DNA from: a virus
Lineage: Duplodnaviria; Caudoviricetes
Length of the DNA stretch: 64,000 nt
Direction: 5' to 3' (one strand)
Virus record (IMG/VR): IMGVR_UViG_3300013382_000004
The position numbers and the translations under genes are program-made. Positions 1-10,335 of this stretch are shown in pieces. Numbering within the stretch: the stretch's first letter is position 1; each line of letters begins with the position of its first letter. A model generated the notes under the pieces. That model ran no database searches. It saw only the letters and a program-made list of their open reading frames with translations, and was not told the origin of the DNA.

Positions 1-155
1 GCCATCAAAAATAGTATACGAAGAAACTTCCCAAATATTTTGAAGTTTATCCATCAGGGTATCTCCATCTTCGATGTTTTCCCAAACATATTGAGCAAAA
101 GCTACTGGGTTAGTGGGAAAATCATTCTTTTTCATATTATTCTCCTTTTTCCCTT

Positions 156-596
156 TTACTTAATGGGAGCGCCCTTAAAATCAACAATATCAGTAGGAAC
201 ATCATTGGTGTCATATTCAATCTTAACACCAGTGTTCTTATAAGGCGCATCTTTAAGAGTAAGCTTTTTGTCAATCATGGGAGTTAAATCAAAGTACTCC
301 TCAATTTCTTTACCAGTAAGAAGAAGAGCACCAGTAAGCGCACCTACAATCAAATAAAGCGGGTCTTTATGATTATCCTGAGATTTAAGCTCCGTAGAGA
401 AGATAGTACACTGAGTATCATTCTCCTTAAGAATGTACTTAATATTATCAGGATTATCACTATCTTTAGTATCAGGAGTGGGAAGATTCTTCTTGCAAGT
501 CAGTTTGGGAAATTCCTTCTGACGAGCAAGAAGTGTGTAGTTACGAGAAATGCCCTTACGAGCCTTAAAGTTATGTGCCATACGAGATTTAGGCAT
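156..596 (-). CDS. hypothetical protein
   Basis: 146-aa ORF preceded by AAGGAG SD. Confidence 0.7.
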   Translation of the reverse strand: MPKSRMAHNFKARKGISRNYTLLARQKEFPKLTCKKNLPTPDTKDSDNPDNIKYILKENDTQCTIFSTELKSQDNHKDPLYLIVGALTGALLLTGKEIEEYFDLTPMIDKKLTLKDAPYKNTGVKIEYDTNDVPTDIVDFKGAPIK

Positions 597-630
597 TATA
601 GTTATCTCCTTTTTTAAATTAATTTATTTT

Positions 631-1455
631 TTAAATCCAATAATTGTAATAATTGTTATGTGCTCTTTCTCTTTCAGTGATAGGAAAATTATCCCTAAAA
701 CTTAATATTGAGTTAACTGCATTAACAGACAAATGAAGTTTGTGAATTGTAATCATTGTTTGTCTTATTTCATTACAATTTTCTGGACTATTTATAATAC
801 TATGCTGTTTTAAAGTGCGCCAAATATGAAATTTTTCTTCGTATTTATCAAGAGCAACACGAATTGTTAAATAATTAAGAACGGCAAAAGCAAATTGTAA
901 ATAGTTCCAACGACGAGTAATATAGAAGCTCAAACTTCTAAAATAATTATCGCAATTTGTGTTTTTACAATTTAATGCGCGTTCAATTGCTTGATTAATA
1001 ATAATCTCATCTTCTTTAAAACTAGCGCAACTTTCAATAATATTAAGCCAAGTGATATGAAAAGAGTTGGCATTTAAATTAATCATATAAGATGTGCCAT
1101 TATTAAGATAAGTAAAAGGTTGAGGCAGTTTTCCATATGTTTTTGCGTTCCACATTACAGCATTGTTAATAAGAGACATAAACCAGCTTGGTTGCCATAC
1201 AATTAATTCCTTATAATATTCAAGAATGGCATCGAACTTTTTAGAAACGCTCCAAAGAATCATCCAATCATTTTTACATTTAGGCTTTTTATAAACTGCT
1301 TCTCCAAAATCTGCATCATCCAAATCTTTAACTAAACAAGTCATAGTCGCAATAAATTGAACAATGTTATGTCTAATAGGCTTTTCACCTTTTGAAAGAA
1401 TTTTTACTTTTTCGGACTGGTATTCATCTAAACCATACATATCTAAATAAATCAT
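631..1455 (-). CDS. hypothetical protein
   Basis: 274-aa ORF, ATGA overlap with upstream gene. Confidence 0.75.
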   Translation of the reverse strand: MIYLDMYGLDEYQSEKVKILSKGEKPIRHNIVQFIATMTCLVKDLDDADFGEAVYKKPKCKNDWMILWSVSKKFDAILEYYKELIVWQPSWFMSLINNAVMWNAKTYGKLPQPFTYLNNGTSYMINLNANSFHITWLNIIESCASFKEDEIIINQAIERALNCKNTNCDNYFRSLSFYITRRWNYLQFAFAVLNYLTIRVALDKYEEKFHIWRTLKQHSIINSPENCNEIRQTMITIHKLHLSVNAVNSILSFRDNFPITERERAHNNYYNYWI

Positions 1456-2300
1456 GTTGCCGTCCTTAAGAGAATGTTAAGACATTCTTCTGCCATTCTT
1501 TCTTGGTGAGCACGCAATCTTTGGCTCTCTTGTCTTTCATAAATAGTAACCATTCTTTGAGCAATAATGTTAGCTCTGGTTTGAGGAATAAAGGCCATAG
1601 GGTTTCCCATACCACCTCTAATAGCTTCTAAATCTGCTTCTGTTGGAGTGGGAAGATTCTGATTTTCGGTTGTAAGGGGATTATAAATAATTTCATGCGT
1701 TTCTGGATTGTGAATATAAATTGTATTATTCCTGTCAAAAGGCCCGATATTTCCTTTTTTCTCCATAATATAATTTCCAAAGAAGCCTGTTAATTTAATT
1801 AAAGCTCTCAGAGCTTTATCAGAAAGGTTTTTATAAATATGGGCGAGATAATTCTTTGGGGTATCAAGTACAAGAAAGAAATCATCTATAATTCTAATAC
1901 AATTCTTCAATCTAATAATGTATTTATACATCAAACTATAATTCTTTAGATTGTTTTGACTGATGATAAAATCTTTATTAAAAGAAGTAACCATATCAGA
2001 ATAAAAACCAACCCAATTATTAAATTTAATTACTTTTAAACCTGTAGAACTCAATTTTGTATCAAAGAAAATAAAATTTAGATTATCAACAAAAGTTACA
2101 TCAGGATTTTCAGTTCTGAGCATAGTGACATAAGAAAGTAATGGAAGAGTAGGCTTGAGATAATCAAACAAAACAGCAAATTTATCAAGGCTAATTTCTT
2201 CATTGTCAAAGAAAAAGCCGAAAGGAATTTCATCAACAATCCTCAAATAAGAGGCAAACTGCTTTCTAATATCCTCATAAGGAATTGTTTTATTTTCCAT
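1452..2300 (-). CDS. hypothetical protein
   Basis: 282-aa ORF, TAATG coupling, GGAGG SD. Confidence 0.75.
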   Translation of the reverse strand: MENKTIPYEDIRKQFASYLRIVDEIPFGFFFDNEEISLDKFAVLFDYLKPTLPLLSYVTMLRTENPDVTFVDNLNFIFFDTKLSSTGLKVIKFNNWVGFYSDMVTSFNKDFIISQNNLKNYSLMYKYIIRLKNCIRIIDDFFLVLDTPKNYLAHIYKNLSDKALRALIKLTGFFGNYIMEKKGNIGPFDRNNTIYIHNPETHEIIYNPLTTENQNLPTPTEADLEAIRGGMGNPMAFIPQTRANIIAQRMVTIYERQESQRLRAHQERMAEECLNILLRTAT

Positions 2301-3088
2301 TAATAACCCTCCTGATAATTTTCAACGACAGGAATATAGGGAGCGGGATTAACATCATGTTCATTAAAACCATGATAATAAATACATTTTTCCATTTCTC
2401 TACTAATTCGTGTAATAGGTAAAAGATTACAAGCAAATTTGTCTTTCTTTGAAGTAGCTTCATAAAGCTTTAATTCATTTGTAGAATAATAAGTAAGGTC
2501 AGTAACATGAGTGCCGAAACAACTACCTTTAGGCATCGTAGCTATTGGATATTTTTCTTTTATCAAATCTCTGAAAGCCCAAATTACATCTACTGCCCAC
2601 CAAATATGTTCCATAACATAATACAAAAGAACAAAAAAACTTTTTATATTTTGTTTTTTTAAAGAGATAATTAATTTATCAGCGTTTTCAAATAAAGTAC
2701 TTCCTGATTCAAGATATTTATATTGTAACTGTTCTGGTCTTAAACCATAATCAAGAGTAATTTTATCAAAGTTTTTGGTGTGAGAAACTAATAAGTTCTC
2801 TTCTTGGCAATCAAGCAATGTACTGTTAAATATGATTGATTGTTTAGCAGAAAAAGAATAAAAACTACGAGGATTCTTTAAAGTTAAAAGGTACTCATAA
2901 GTAGGAACAAAAGCAAAGAACCATTCACGATATTGAAATAATATATCAAAAGTCATTTCATTAAAAAGAACTGGTTTGAATAATACATCTTTGTTTTGCT
3001 CAATTAATCCATCCCTACCCAAAATATGTTCAACCACATCTACTGCGTTAATAATATTTGCTTCAGGCGGAGTTACTTTCATCGTCAC
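2300..3088 (-). CDS. hypothetical protein
   Basis: 262-aa ORF after GAGG SD and a TTGACA promoter at ~3136. Confidence 0.75.
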   Translation of the reverse strand: MTMKVTPPEANIINAVDVVEHILGRDGLIEQNKDVLFKPVLFNEMTFDILFQYREWFFAFVPTYEYLLTLKNPRSFYSFSAKQSIIFNSTLLDCQEENLLVSHTKNFDKITLDYGLRPEQLQYKYLESGSTLFENADKLIISLKKQNIKSFFVLLYYVMEHIWWAVDVIWAFRDLIKEKYPIATMPKGSCFGTHVTDLTYYSTNELKLYEATSKKDKFACNLLPITRISREMEKCIYYHGFNEHDVNPAPYIPVVENYQEGY

Positions 3089-3180
3089 ACACTTTCACCT
3101 CTATCCTTTTATATAATACAACAAAAAGCCTTATTTGTCAAGAGTTTAATCTCAACAAATAAGACTCTTATTATATATTT

Positions 3181-3444
3181 TTAAGTGTTTTTATAAAGAA
3201 GAGCGCAACGAGGAGCAAGATTTTGAGCTTTCATAATTGAAAGATTCTTGATAGCCACAGCGTAGAACTTGTTGAACTCTTCAAGAGAAGACCAACAAAT
3301 GACGTTATCATCGTCTTTCTGACCAAAGTAGTAATACTTATCAAAGCTGTCCCAACAAAGATAACTATCATTGGTATCACTATAAATAGTCAGAATGGTA
3401 TTATGCATAGGAGTAACTTTAAATTTCTCATTAATGTTAAACAC
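3181..3444 (-). CDS. hypothetical protein
   Basis: 87-aa ORF with AAGGAG SD. Confidence 0.6.
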   Translation of the reverse strand: MFNINEKFKVTPMHNTILTIYSDTNDSYLCWDSFDKYYYFGQKDDDNVICWSSLEEFNKFYAVAIKNLSIMKAQNLAPRCALLYKNT

Positions 3445-3459
3445 GATAAAATTCTCCTT

Positions 3460-3723
3460 TCAATTTAATTTCGCCCAATGAACACAATTTGTATCAATCT
3501 CATGAGGAGAAATGTCCCAAGAATATTTATCAGGATATGATTTAAAATCACTTAAATATATCAAATATTCATCTGCGTAATAATCAAATTTTCTCCCTTG
3601 AAATTTTGCTGTGTAAACATTATAACTGCCACCAAAAATTTCGTCCATAAATTGAACGTCTTCAAGTATAAGGACTTCTTCACCGACACGTGGCTACCTA
3701 TCTTCAAAACTATACCATTCCAT
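3460..3723 (-). CDS. DUF551-like small protein, paralog 1 (one in-frame TAG read as Gln)
   Basis: MEWYSFEDR*PRVGEE aligns with neighbour MEWFDFEKKQPHIGEE; TAG at 3694-3696 sits on the Q; ends HWAKLN. Confidence 0.8.
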
Positions 3724-3744
3724 TTTTGTTAATCCTTTTTTATT

Positions 3745-3984
3745 TCAATTTAATCTTGCCCAACGTAAACAGGAAGATATAAAACAATGAAATTGGCTTG
3801 AATAATTTTTTTGAATATATCTTTTAAAATTGTCTAGTTTAACATCACATACTCCACGACTATCTATTCTTTCTCTTCCTAAATAGGTAGCAACAAAGAT
3901 TTTATGATGCCCAAGAATGGTTTTCATTACGAGAATTTCTTCGCCAATATGGGGTTGTTTCTTTTCAAAATCAAACCATTCCAT
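3745..3984 (-). CDS. DUF551-like small protein, paralog 2
   Basis: MEW..F...P..GEEI...WARLN. Confidence 0.75.
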   Translation of the reverse strand: MEWFDFEKKQPHIGEEILVMKTILGHHKIFVATYLGRERIDSRGVCDVKLDNFKRYIQKNYSSQFHCFISSCLRWARLN

Positions 3985-4006
3985 TTTTTGTTAATCCTTT
4001 TTATTT

Positions 4007-4288
4007 TTAATATAATCTTGCCCAGTGAAGAAATTTTGAATAAAGACTCTTTTCATCTAAACAAAGATAAAGTTTTTCTCCACCAATTATTTTTAAATTG
4101 GTAAGTTTTACTAAGCTCATATCTTGGCTGTTATATTCTGTTTTTTTAAAGCTCTTATAATTACATTCGTAAATGGTGTAATGATTGGTGGAATTGCGCC
4201 CTACAAGTTCATAACTTGACCACTCGTGGATAATTACAATTCGCTCCCCGTTTTTAGGAAGATGCTCAAGAAAAGATTCCCATACCAT
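4007..4288 (-). CDS. DUF551-like small protein, paralog 3
   Basis: MVWESF...P..GERI...HWARLY. Confidence 0.75.
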   Translation of the reverse strand: MVWESFLEHLPKNGERIVIIHEWSSYELVGRNSTNHYTIYECNYKSFKKTEYNSQDMSLVKLTNLKIIGGEKLYLCLDEKSLYSKFLHWARLY

Positions 4289-4291
4289 GAT

Positions 4292-4549
4292 TTAATACAA
4301 CCTCGCCCAATGAACATTATCAAGCCAAAAAGAACAATACCATATGGATTTTTTATTTATAGTTGCTTTGCCTGAGATTAAAACTAAATCATGTAAAATC
4401 ACACTTCCAGAACATTCATTTTTAAAAATGCATTTGTACACAGGATTTGAAGATGTTCTACATTTTACTTGGCTTATTGCTGTTGAAAAACAAATCCAAA
4501 TTAACTCTCCTTTTCGCGGGAGCTTTTCTGCAAAAGTGTGCCATTCCAT
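4292..4549 (-). CDS. DUF551-like small protein, paralog 4
   Basis: MEWHTF...P..GELI...HWARLY. Confidence 0.75.
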   Translation of the reverse strand: MEWHTFAEKLPRKGELIWICFSTAISQVKCRTSSNPVYKCIFKNECSGSVILHDLVLISGKATINKKSIWYCSFWLDNVHWARLY

Positions 4550-4567
4550 AATTAATCAAATTTAGGC

Positions 4568-4810
4568 TTAGATTTCCTCCTTTACAACTTCCTTGTTAGT
4601 TACATCAGCAATTCTAATGATAAAAGTTTTAGTTGCAAAAGACATTTCCTTGTCATGGAAATTAACAATAAGACCAGCATCATTTTCATTTTCATAATGA
4701 AAATCAATATAGTCTACACCAAGAACTGCGTTCTCACCAAAGAGAGCTTTAACAATATCTTTTCTTAAATCTTCCTGAGTGTATGCAATAAGATTTTCAG
4801 TTCGTTTCAT
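4568..4810 (-). CDS. hypothetical protein
   Basis: 80-aa ORF, AAGGAG SD, directly after a promoter. Confidence 0.7.
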   Translation of the reverse strand: MKRTENLIAYTQEDLRKDIVKALFGENAVLGVDYIDFHYENENDAGLIVNFHDKEMSFATKTFIIRIADVTNKEVVKEEI

Positions 4811-4842
4811 AAAATAACAGCTCCTTTCTTTACTGTAACTAT

Positions 4843-4871
4843 ATTATAGCAAGTAAGAAAGAAGCTGTCAA
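4843..4871 (-). promoter_or_regulatory. sigma70/sigmaA-type promoter within an inverted repeat
   Basis: TTGACA-17bp-TATAAT; spacer is complementary to the downstream SD region. Confidence 0.85.
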
Positions 4872-4899
4872 GTGTTTATTAAATTTTAATTGAAATTAT

Positions 4900-5745
4900 T
4901 TAGTCAAAGATATCAATATCGCTACGAGGGCAGTAGGAACGCGACTCTTCAACAGACTTTTTAGCCTGAGCATTTGCGGCGTTAATTTTTTCAATAATCA
5001 GGTTACAGTTTTCGAGCTTGTTAATAACTTCCATCTGTTCCTTAACAGTACGTCTTGCAATGAGAATATCTTGGAGCTTTTTAAAAATAAGATAACCATT
5101 GCAAGCATCAAGGTGAGAGAACTCAATGTAATGAAGCACATCAACAATTTGAGCATTGTAATCGCCCAACTGCTTTGCCAAGTCTTCATTAGAGGGAAGA
5201 GAGTTGATAGAAGAAGCGATTTCCTCAAAAGTACTGGACATAGATTCTAAAGTAGGAAGAATCTTATCCTTGGTATATTTACTTGCCTGATATTTTTTAA
5301 GAGAGTCTTTGACAGGAAGTTCATCACCATCAATCATAGCCTTTGCACAATTAGTATGAGGAACAAATGGCAAAAGAGAATCTTTGAATTGCATTTCGAT
5401 AGGATTTCCACTTGTAACAGGTGCTTCGCTTAAACTTTCCTGCATATTAAGGACTGCTTTAGAAATATTCAAACGAATTAATCCTTTATTTGCCACATCG
5501 GAAACGAGCTGGTCATACACCAAGCTATTGGTTTCAGCATGATAAATAGAAAACACACGATTTGACAAAAACTTGTCAACAATAGAGTGATTGAGGACAA
5601 TGTTTGCAGCTTTGTCAATATCCTTAAACAAATGTTTCTTGTTAGGATTTGAAATATAGCTGTATTGATTGCTCACAAACTGAATATAAGAGTTAGTTGT
5701 GGTTTCTTTCAGATAAAAGCTCATATCAGCTTTATCTCCTTTCAA
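4900..5745 (-). CDS. coiled-coil hypothetical protein
   Basis: 281-aa ORF with a DVLHYIEF...RR.VK C-terminal motif; likely start at the Met after AAGGAG. Confidence 0.7.
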   Translation of the reverse strand: MKGDKADMSFYLKETTTNSYIQFVSNQYSYISNPNKKHLFKDIDKAANIVLNHSIVDKFLSNRVFSIYHAETNSLVYDQLVSDVANKGLIRLNISKAVLNMQESLSEAPVTSGNPIEMQFKDSLLPFVPHTNCAKAMIDGDELPVKDSLKKYQASKYTKDKILPTLESMSSTFEEIASSINSLPSNEDLAKQLGDYNAQIVDVLHYIEFSHLDACNGYLIFKKLQDILIARRTVKEQMEVINKLENCNLIIEKINAANAQAKKSVEESRSYCPRSDIDIFD

Positions 5746-5794
5746 TTTTGATACGACAATTATACCAAGATAAAAGGATTATTTCAAGGGTTTA

Positions 5795-6169
5795 TTAAGA
5801 AATTTTTTCAGGGTCCGCAATAGAATAATTAATTCCAACCACAAGAAATTCATCACGATGAGACAAGTAAAACAAATGAATTACTCTTTCTCCGAGATAA
5901 ATCTCTTCGTCTGCATCAAGCAACATATATCTCTCATGTTCAGGGCTAATTTCATAAATATCTGTCCTAATTTCTGTAATGGTTTTAAGTTCATTTTCAG
6001 ACAAAAGATTATCCCCTTTATTATCCATAACAGAAATTTCATTCAAGGGGACAAAGTTTCCAAGCAAGGAAGAATTATTAGAAGTTAAACAAACTCCAAT
6101 TTTTGTGTCACCATGCCAAACAGAACTTACCCCTTTAAGGCCAACAGGCATAGAAAAGATATTATTCAT
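5795..6169 (-). CDS. hypothetical protein
   Basis: 124-aa ORF coupled to the rhomboid gene. Confidence 0.7.
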   Translation of the reverse strand: MNNIFSMPVGLKGVSSVWHGDTKIGVCLTSNNSSLLGNFVPLNEISVMDNKGDNLLSENELKTITEIRTDIYEISPEHERYMLLDADEEIYLGERVIHLFYLSHRDEFLVVGINYSIADPEKIS

Positions 6170-6789
6170 TAAAATTTATTTTTAACCTCAATCATATATT
6201 CTTCTAAAAACTTATTCGCTTTTTCATGTTTACAATATTTCATAAAAATATGTCCAAATACAAGGCCGCTAAAAAGTCCTGCAAAATGAGCAATATTACC
6301 AATATTGGGAATAAATAAATTTATTCCAACGGCAGAAATGATTACAACAATTAAAATTTTAAATCTATCTTTTTTATCTACAACAGTAGTAATGAAAAAT
6401 CCCATTAATCCATAAATAGCACCAGAAGCGCCAAGACCAACAGCATTAGGAGAAAACCAAGAATAAGCAATAAAGGTAGCGATTTCTGAAATAATACCTG
6501 TACCTAAATAGACGCAAAGAAATTCTGTTTTTGTAAGATATCTTTCTACAAGGCTTCCTAAATAAACAAGACTAAGCAAATTTGCCACCAGATGATATAA
6601 TTGGGCGTGAGTAAAAACAGGAGTTACAAATCGCCAAATTTCAATGGAACTGTTATATAGTAAATTGTAACTCCATAGATAACAAATAAGAGTAGGATTA
6701 ATTAAAACTGCAATATAAACTGCAATGTTAATTAAAACCAACCAAAAGGTTAAAGTTTTAGAAAATTCTTTTAATTTGGTCATCAACAA
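6169..6789 (-). CDS. rhomboid family intramembrane serine protease
   Basis: WR motif, FTH..LYHL..N, GASG catalytic Ser, AHFAGL catalytic His, multiple TM helices. Confidence 0.92.
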   Translation of the reverse strand: MLMTKLKEFSKTLTFWLVLINIAVYIAVLINPTLICYLWSYNLLYNSSIEIWRFVTPVFTHAQLYHLVANLLSLVYLGSLVERYLTKTEFLCVYLGTGIISEIATFIAYSWFSPNAVGLGASGAIYGLMGFFITTVVDKKDRFKILIVVIISAVGINLFIPNIGNIAHFAGLFSGLVFGHIFMKYCKHEKANKFLEEYMIEVKNKF

Positions 6790-7030
6790 TTTTCCTCCCG
6801 CAATAAGGACAGAAATTCATATCAGGATGCAATTGTTCGCCACATTCAGAACAAACTTTGATAGTTCTAATATAACTCCTGTTTATGTTTACAAGTTTCT
6901 TTTTACAAGTTACATTACAGCCAAGACTAAAGCCAAGAGTGTTTAACTGGTCTTCTGCAAGGCTACGTTCCCAAGCAACTTGTTCGTAAACATCGTATAA
7001 TACAGTATCAGGATGTTCTTTGTTATTCAT
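6758..7030 (-). CDS. zinc-ribbon protein
   Basis: CSECG...FCPYCG. Confidence 0.7.
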   Translation of the reverse strand: MNNKEHPDTVLYDVYEQVAWERSLAEDQLNTLGFSLGCNVTCKKKLVNINRSYIRTIKVCSECGEQLHPDMNFCPYCGRKIVDDQIKRIF

Positions 7031-7386
7031 TAATATAAATCCTCCGAATAAAGTTCAATTTCTTTTCGCTGTTCTTTAAAATAAATAAGAGAAGCAGGAA
7101 GAGAATCTTTTACAAGTTCAAAGGCTTTTGCTCTATTGTAAAAATTTCCAGCTTCATCAATAAAACCTCCTTCTTTAACCCAATCGGTAGCTTTATGATT
7201 TCCTGTAAGCATATTGCTAATACAAGCAAAATTTCTATAACCATCACCATGACGAGAGCAAGGAAGAATAATGCTCTTTTTTGGACATCCTCTGTTAATG
7301 TTACTAGGCGTAAACCTAATAGCGGCACATACAATTTTTGACATATTATACCTCAATTTCATCCATTTTCCATAAAAGCCCCACAA
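7030..7386 (-). CDS. conserved phage hypothetical protein
   Basis: CAAI...RH...GFID..GNFYNR..A...LYSEDLY motif. Confidence 0.7.
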   Translation of the reverse strand: MWGFYGKWMKLRYNMSKIVCAAIRFTPSNINRGCPKKSIILPCSRHGDGYRNFACISNMLTGNHKATDWVKEGGFIDEAGNFYNRAKAFELVKDSLPASLIYFKEQRKEIELYSEDLY

Positions 7387-7587
7387 GCGGGACAGTAAGG
7401 ACTTGAAATAACATATATACCAACATCATTAATATTTGTTCGAACAATGCCTCTTTTTTTGCAACTCCCACAAGTAGCCATAGCAAGAGTCTCAAGGAAG
7501 GGCTTGACATCATAATAAAAATCAATGTTATACCAATGATTTTGTTCTGGAGAAATAATTTTAGATTTAATATATTTAGTCTTCATG

Positions 7588-7920
7588 TTAAAGCTCCATT
7601 TCTTCAACAGGAAAGATTTGGTTCTTCATGCCATTATCTTTAGGAATAGCTACAAACTTGCCATAATTCTGGGGATTGTTAGGATTCTTGTCTCCATACC
7701 AACAACCCATAAACATACCAAATGCTTTCTGATATCTATTATAGAAAACCTTTCCCATATAGGAATGGTTCTTACCCTTGATTTCATAAAGATTACCAGT
7801 GATAATATTATTACCATTGGCATCAAGAAGAGAGGTTACAATACCACAATTCTCTCTCTTGTCACGAGTGGGAGCTTTACGTCCCTTTTTAATGCGTTCC
7901 ATTAGTAACGCTCCTTCCAT
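7588..7920 (-). CDS. hypothetical protein
   Basis: 110-aa ORF in operon. Confidence 0.65.
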   Translation of the reverse strand: MEGALLMERIKKGRKAPTRDKRENCGIVTSLLDANGNNIITGNLYEIKGKNHSYMGKVFYNRYQKAFGMFMGCWYGDKNPNNPQNYGKFVAIPKDNGMKNQIFPVEEMEL

Positions 7921-8300
7921 TTATAGGTATATTTGAAAAACCAAATCTGCTCTGTACGACCTTTATATTTAATGGTCATAGGCTTAGACAAACCTGTGTT
8001 GTGTGATTTGATTTTGCCAATCTTTTTTACAGCAACAGGTTTTTTAATCCACCTTTCTCCCGTAGCAGGAGCATCACAAACACGACTTCTACAAGAGTAT
8101 CCTTTGAGCTTTTGATTAACAGGAGTGTAGACATAATATTCCATGCTAATATCTCCTAATGCTGAAAGACAACCTTCGATAGTAGGAGCAAAACAAACTC
8201 TTGGAATAGATACATCTTCATTATAAGGAATCGCTGTATCAGGAATCTGTGGTGTCAGATTTGTAAGATTTGGGTCATGAGAAAGATGATATAACATCAT
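7902..8300 (-). CDS. hypothetical protein (possible ART-like fold)
   Basis: LYHLS...[13 protein letters not shown]...TGERW motif. Confidence 0.6.
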   Translation of the reverse strand: MMLYHLSHDPNLTNLTPQIPDTAIPYNEDVSIPRVCFAPTIEGCLSALGDISMEYYVYTPVNQKLKGYSCRSRVCDAPATGERWIKKPVAVKKIGKIKSHNTGLSKPMTIKYKGRTEQIWFFKYTYKWKERY

Positions 8301-8581
8301 ACTCTCCTTTCAGCATCAGGCTGAGTGTACACACGACGAAACATCTGACTATAAAGTTCTTTGGTAAGGACAAGCAAACTTGTATCTAAGCAGTCGCCAT
8401 AAAAATTTTTTAAAATTCCTTTGCCATCAGTGTCTGCAAGAATAATTACACCGTCAGCAAATTTTTCTCCTTGGTACCAGCATTCTCTATTCCACATTTC
8501 TTCAATAACTTCTTCAAAAGTTAAATCATAAGTGTACTTTTTCTTTTCCATAAAATTCAACTTCTTATCTTTGATACTCAA
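8297..8581 (-). CDS. hypothetical protein
   Basis: 94-aa ORF with ATGA coupling. Confidence 0.6.
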   Translation of the reverse strand: MSIKDKKLNFMEKKKYTYDLTFEEVIEEMWNRECWYQGEKFADGVIILADTDGKGILKNFYGDCLDTSLLVLTKELYSQMFRRVYTQPDAERRV

Positions 8582-8606
8582 ATAATACCAAAAAGATAAG
8601 GAGTTG

Positions 8607-9305
8607 TCAAGTATTTAATCTTTTTTTCTTGCCAAGAATTGCAAGCAAACGAACAAAGATATTAATAATATCAAGATAAAGGTCTGTTGCACAACTAATG
8701 GCATTATAAGGTGTAGCAGCATATCTCTGAGAACAATACCAGTCATAGCCAATATAAAGAGAGAACAGAGCTACCACAGCATAATCAATTACATGACCAT
8801 CGTAGCTAAGGAAAAAAACCAAAGTTCCTTCAACAAGGACAATACTAATCAAAGCAATTAAAAGGATATGCCCAAGAGAACAGAAATACTCAGGGAATAC
8901 AGTGCTAATAGTAGCCATGATTACTACAATAATACCTGTAAGAAGACACACATAGCTGATACTCAAAGCGGTATACTGACTTACATAAACACTTAGAAGT
9001 GCTCCAATAGGCAAACAAATAAGGTTAAATCCAAGGAAAGCAATTAAAGCATTTTCTGTGCCACTAATAATAATAGCTCCAAGAAAAGCTAAAGCAAAAT
9101 ATCCCAGAATAAAAAGAAGAGGATGAGCCGCTACGAAATTAAAAACCTGCACCTCAAGGAACATACAGATAAAGAAATTACAAATCAAGCCCCAAAGAAT
9201 AGTACATCCCATAAGAGCATTGAATCCTGCATCTGTCATTTGCATATCTTCTGGCATACAGTCAAAAGTAATTCTATCTTCTTTTAAATTAAAGCCATTA
9301 TCCAT
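8607..9305 (-). CDS. Bax inhibitor-1/YccA family membrane protein
   Basis: about 7 TM helices; YIGYD and LYLDIINIFVRLL C-terminal signature. Confidence 0.88.
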   Translation of the reverse strand: MDNGFNLKEDRITFDCMPEDMQMTDAGFNALMGCTILWGLICNFFICMFLEVQVFNFVAAHPLLFILGYFALAFLGAIIISGTENALIAFLGFNLICLPIGALLSVYVSQYTALSISYVCLLTGIIVVIMATISTVFPEYFCSLGHILLIALISIVLVEGTLVFFLSYDGHVIDYAVVALFSLYIGYDWYCSQRYAATPYNAISCATDLYLDIINIFVRLLAILGKKKRLNT

Positions 9306-9606
9306 TCTTAGTTTCCTTTTCTTTTTCTAATTTCTTCTTCTGTATTTTCAAGTAATCATCAAGGTCAAGAAAAGAAGTGTTGTTAGCTAAACCTTCTTTA
9401 ATTTTATCCAGCATTATTTTTGCTAGGTAATACTCGTTTTTCCCAAAAACGCCTAAACTACAAGAGGATTTATCAGTAAGTTCAATAGTAATAGTATAAG
9501 TTGGAGTATTTACTGACCAATCCACATTGTTAAAATCAGCATCAAGGTGAATAGCTCTCCATCCCATATACAAATTAATAATCTGGTTGTCGTAACTAAT
9601 AACCAT
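9298..9606 (-). CDS. hypothetical protein
   Basis: 102-aa ORF with AGGAG SD. Confidence 0.65.
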   Translation of the reverse strand: MVISYDNQIINLYMGWRAIHLDADFNNVDWSVNTPTYTITIELTDKSSCSLGVFGKNEYYLAKIMLDKIKEGLANNTSFLDLDDYLKIQKKKLEKEKETKNG

Positions 9607-9659
9607 TATTTATTTCTCCTATAAATTTATAGATAACACAAATAAAAGAAATCTTTTAT

Positions 9660-10334
9660 TTAAAAATCCGCTTCGTCATCATCAAGGTTAGTAATCATTG
9701 AAGGAGCATTACCATATCCTGTTTTCATCTTTACAGGTGTAATAATATCTTTTCCAGCAAAATTATTATGATACCAACGTAACTCTTGATTATTAAGATT
9801 CTCTTTGACTTTTTTAGAGATTTCTGCCGCTTTGCTAATTTCTTCTTCGGATTTCTTTTTAAGAATTTCAATATCAGACTGAGCACTTTCAAGAATAAGT
9901 TTGAGATTTTTTACTTCTTTTTCGTTAGTTTCTCTGGCTTTTTTGGCTTTAATATAATTACGTCTCCACAATGAATATTTTAGATTACCAACAAAGCCAA
10001 AATCTACATAAACATCTTTAGCGTCAAAATAATTCAAACTCCAATAATTATTTAGAACTACATCTCCATGCTTGTAATTGTGGTTGTTAATTCTGCGATG
10101 AGGAAGGCAGCTTAAGCCCCATTTCTTAGTATTTAAGCAATAAATATCATACCACTTATCGAAATCCATCTTGACACATTCTTCGCGTTTGCGCTTTTCT
10201 TTAATATCATCTAAATCAGCGCCAAAAATTCCTTTGAAAATAAGTGGCCCAATTAAAAGCCCAAAAAGAAGCCACACAACAACTCCACCTGAAGTAATTA
10301 AAACTAAAAATAAAACAATTTTTAATGCCAACAT
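9660..10334 (-). CDS. membrane-anchored coiled-coil protein (paralog of 10336-10878)
   Basis: N-terminal TM; shared F..W..Y...KW.L, VYV.FGF.GN.KY and NLK.ILE..Q.DIE motifs. Confidence 0.7.
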   Translation of the reverse strand: MLALKIVLFLVLITSGGVVVWLLFGLLIGPLIFKGIFGADLDDIKEKRKREECVKMDFDKWYDIYCLNTKKWGLSCLPHRRINNHNYKHGDVVLNNYWSLNYFDAKDVYVDFGFVGNLKYSLWRRNYIKAKKARETNEKEVKNLKLILESAQSDIEILKKKSEEEISKAAEISKKVKENLNNQELRWYHNNFAGKDIITPVKMKTGYGNAPSMITNLDDDEADF

Positions 10335-10335
10335 G

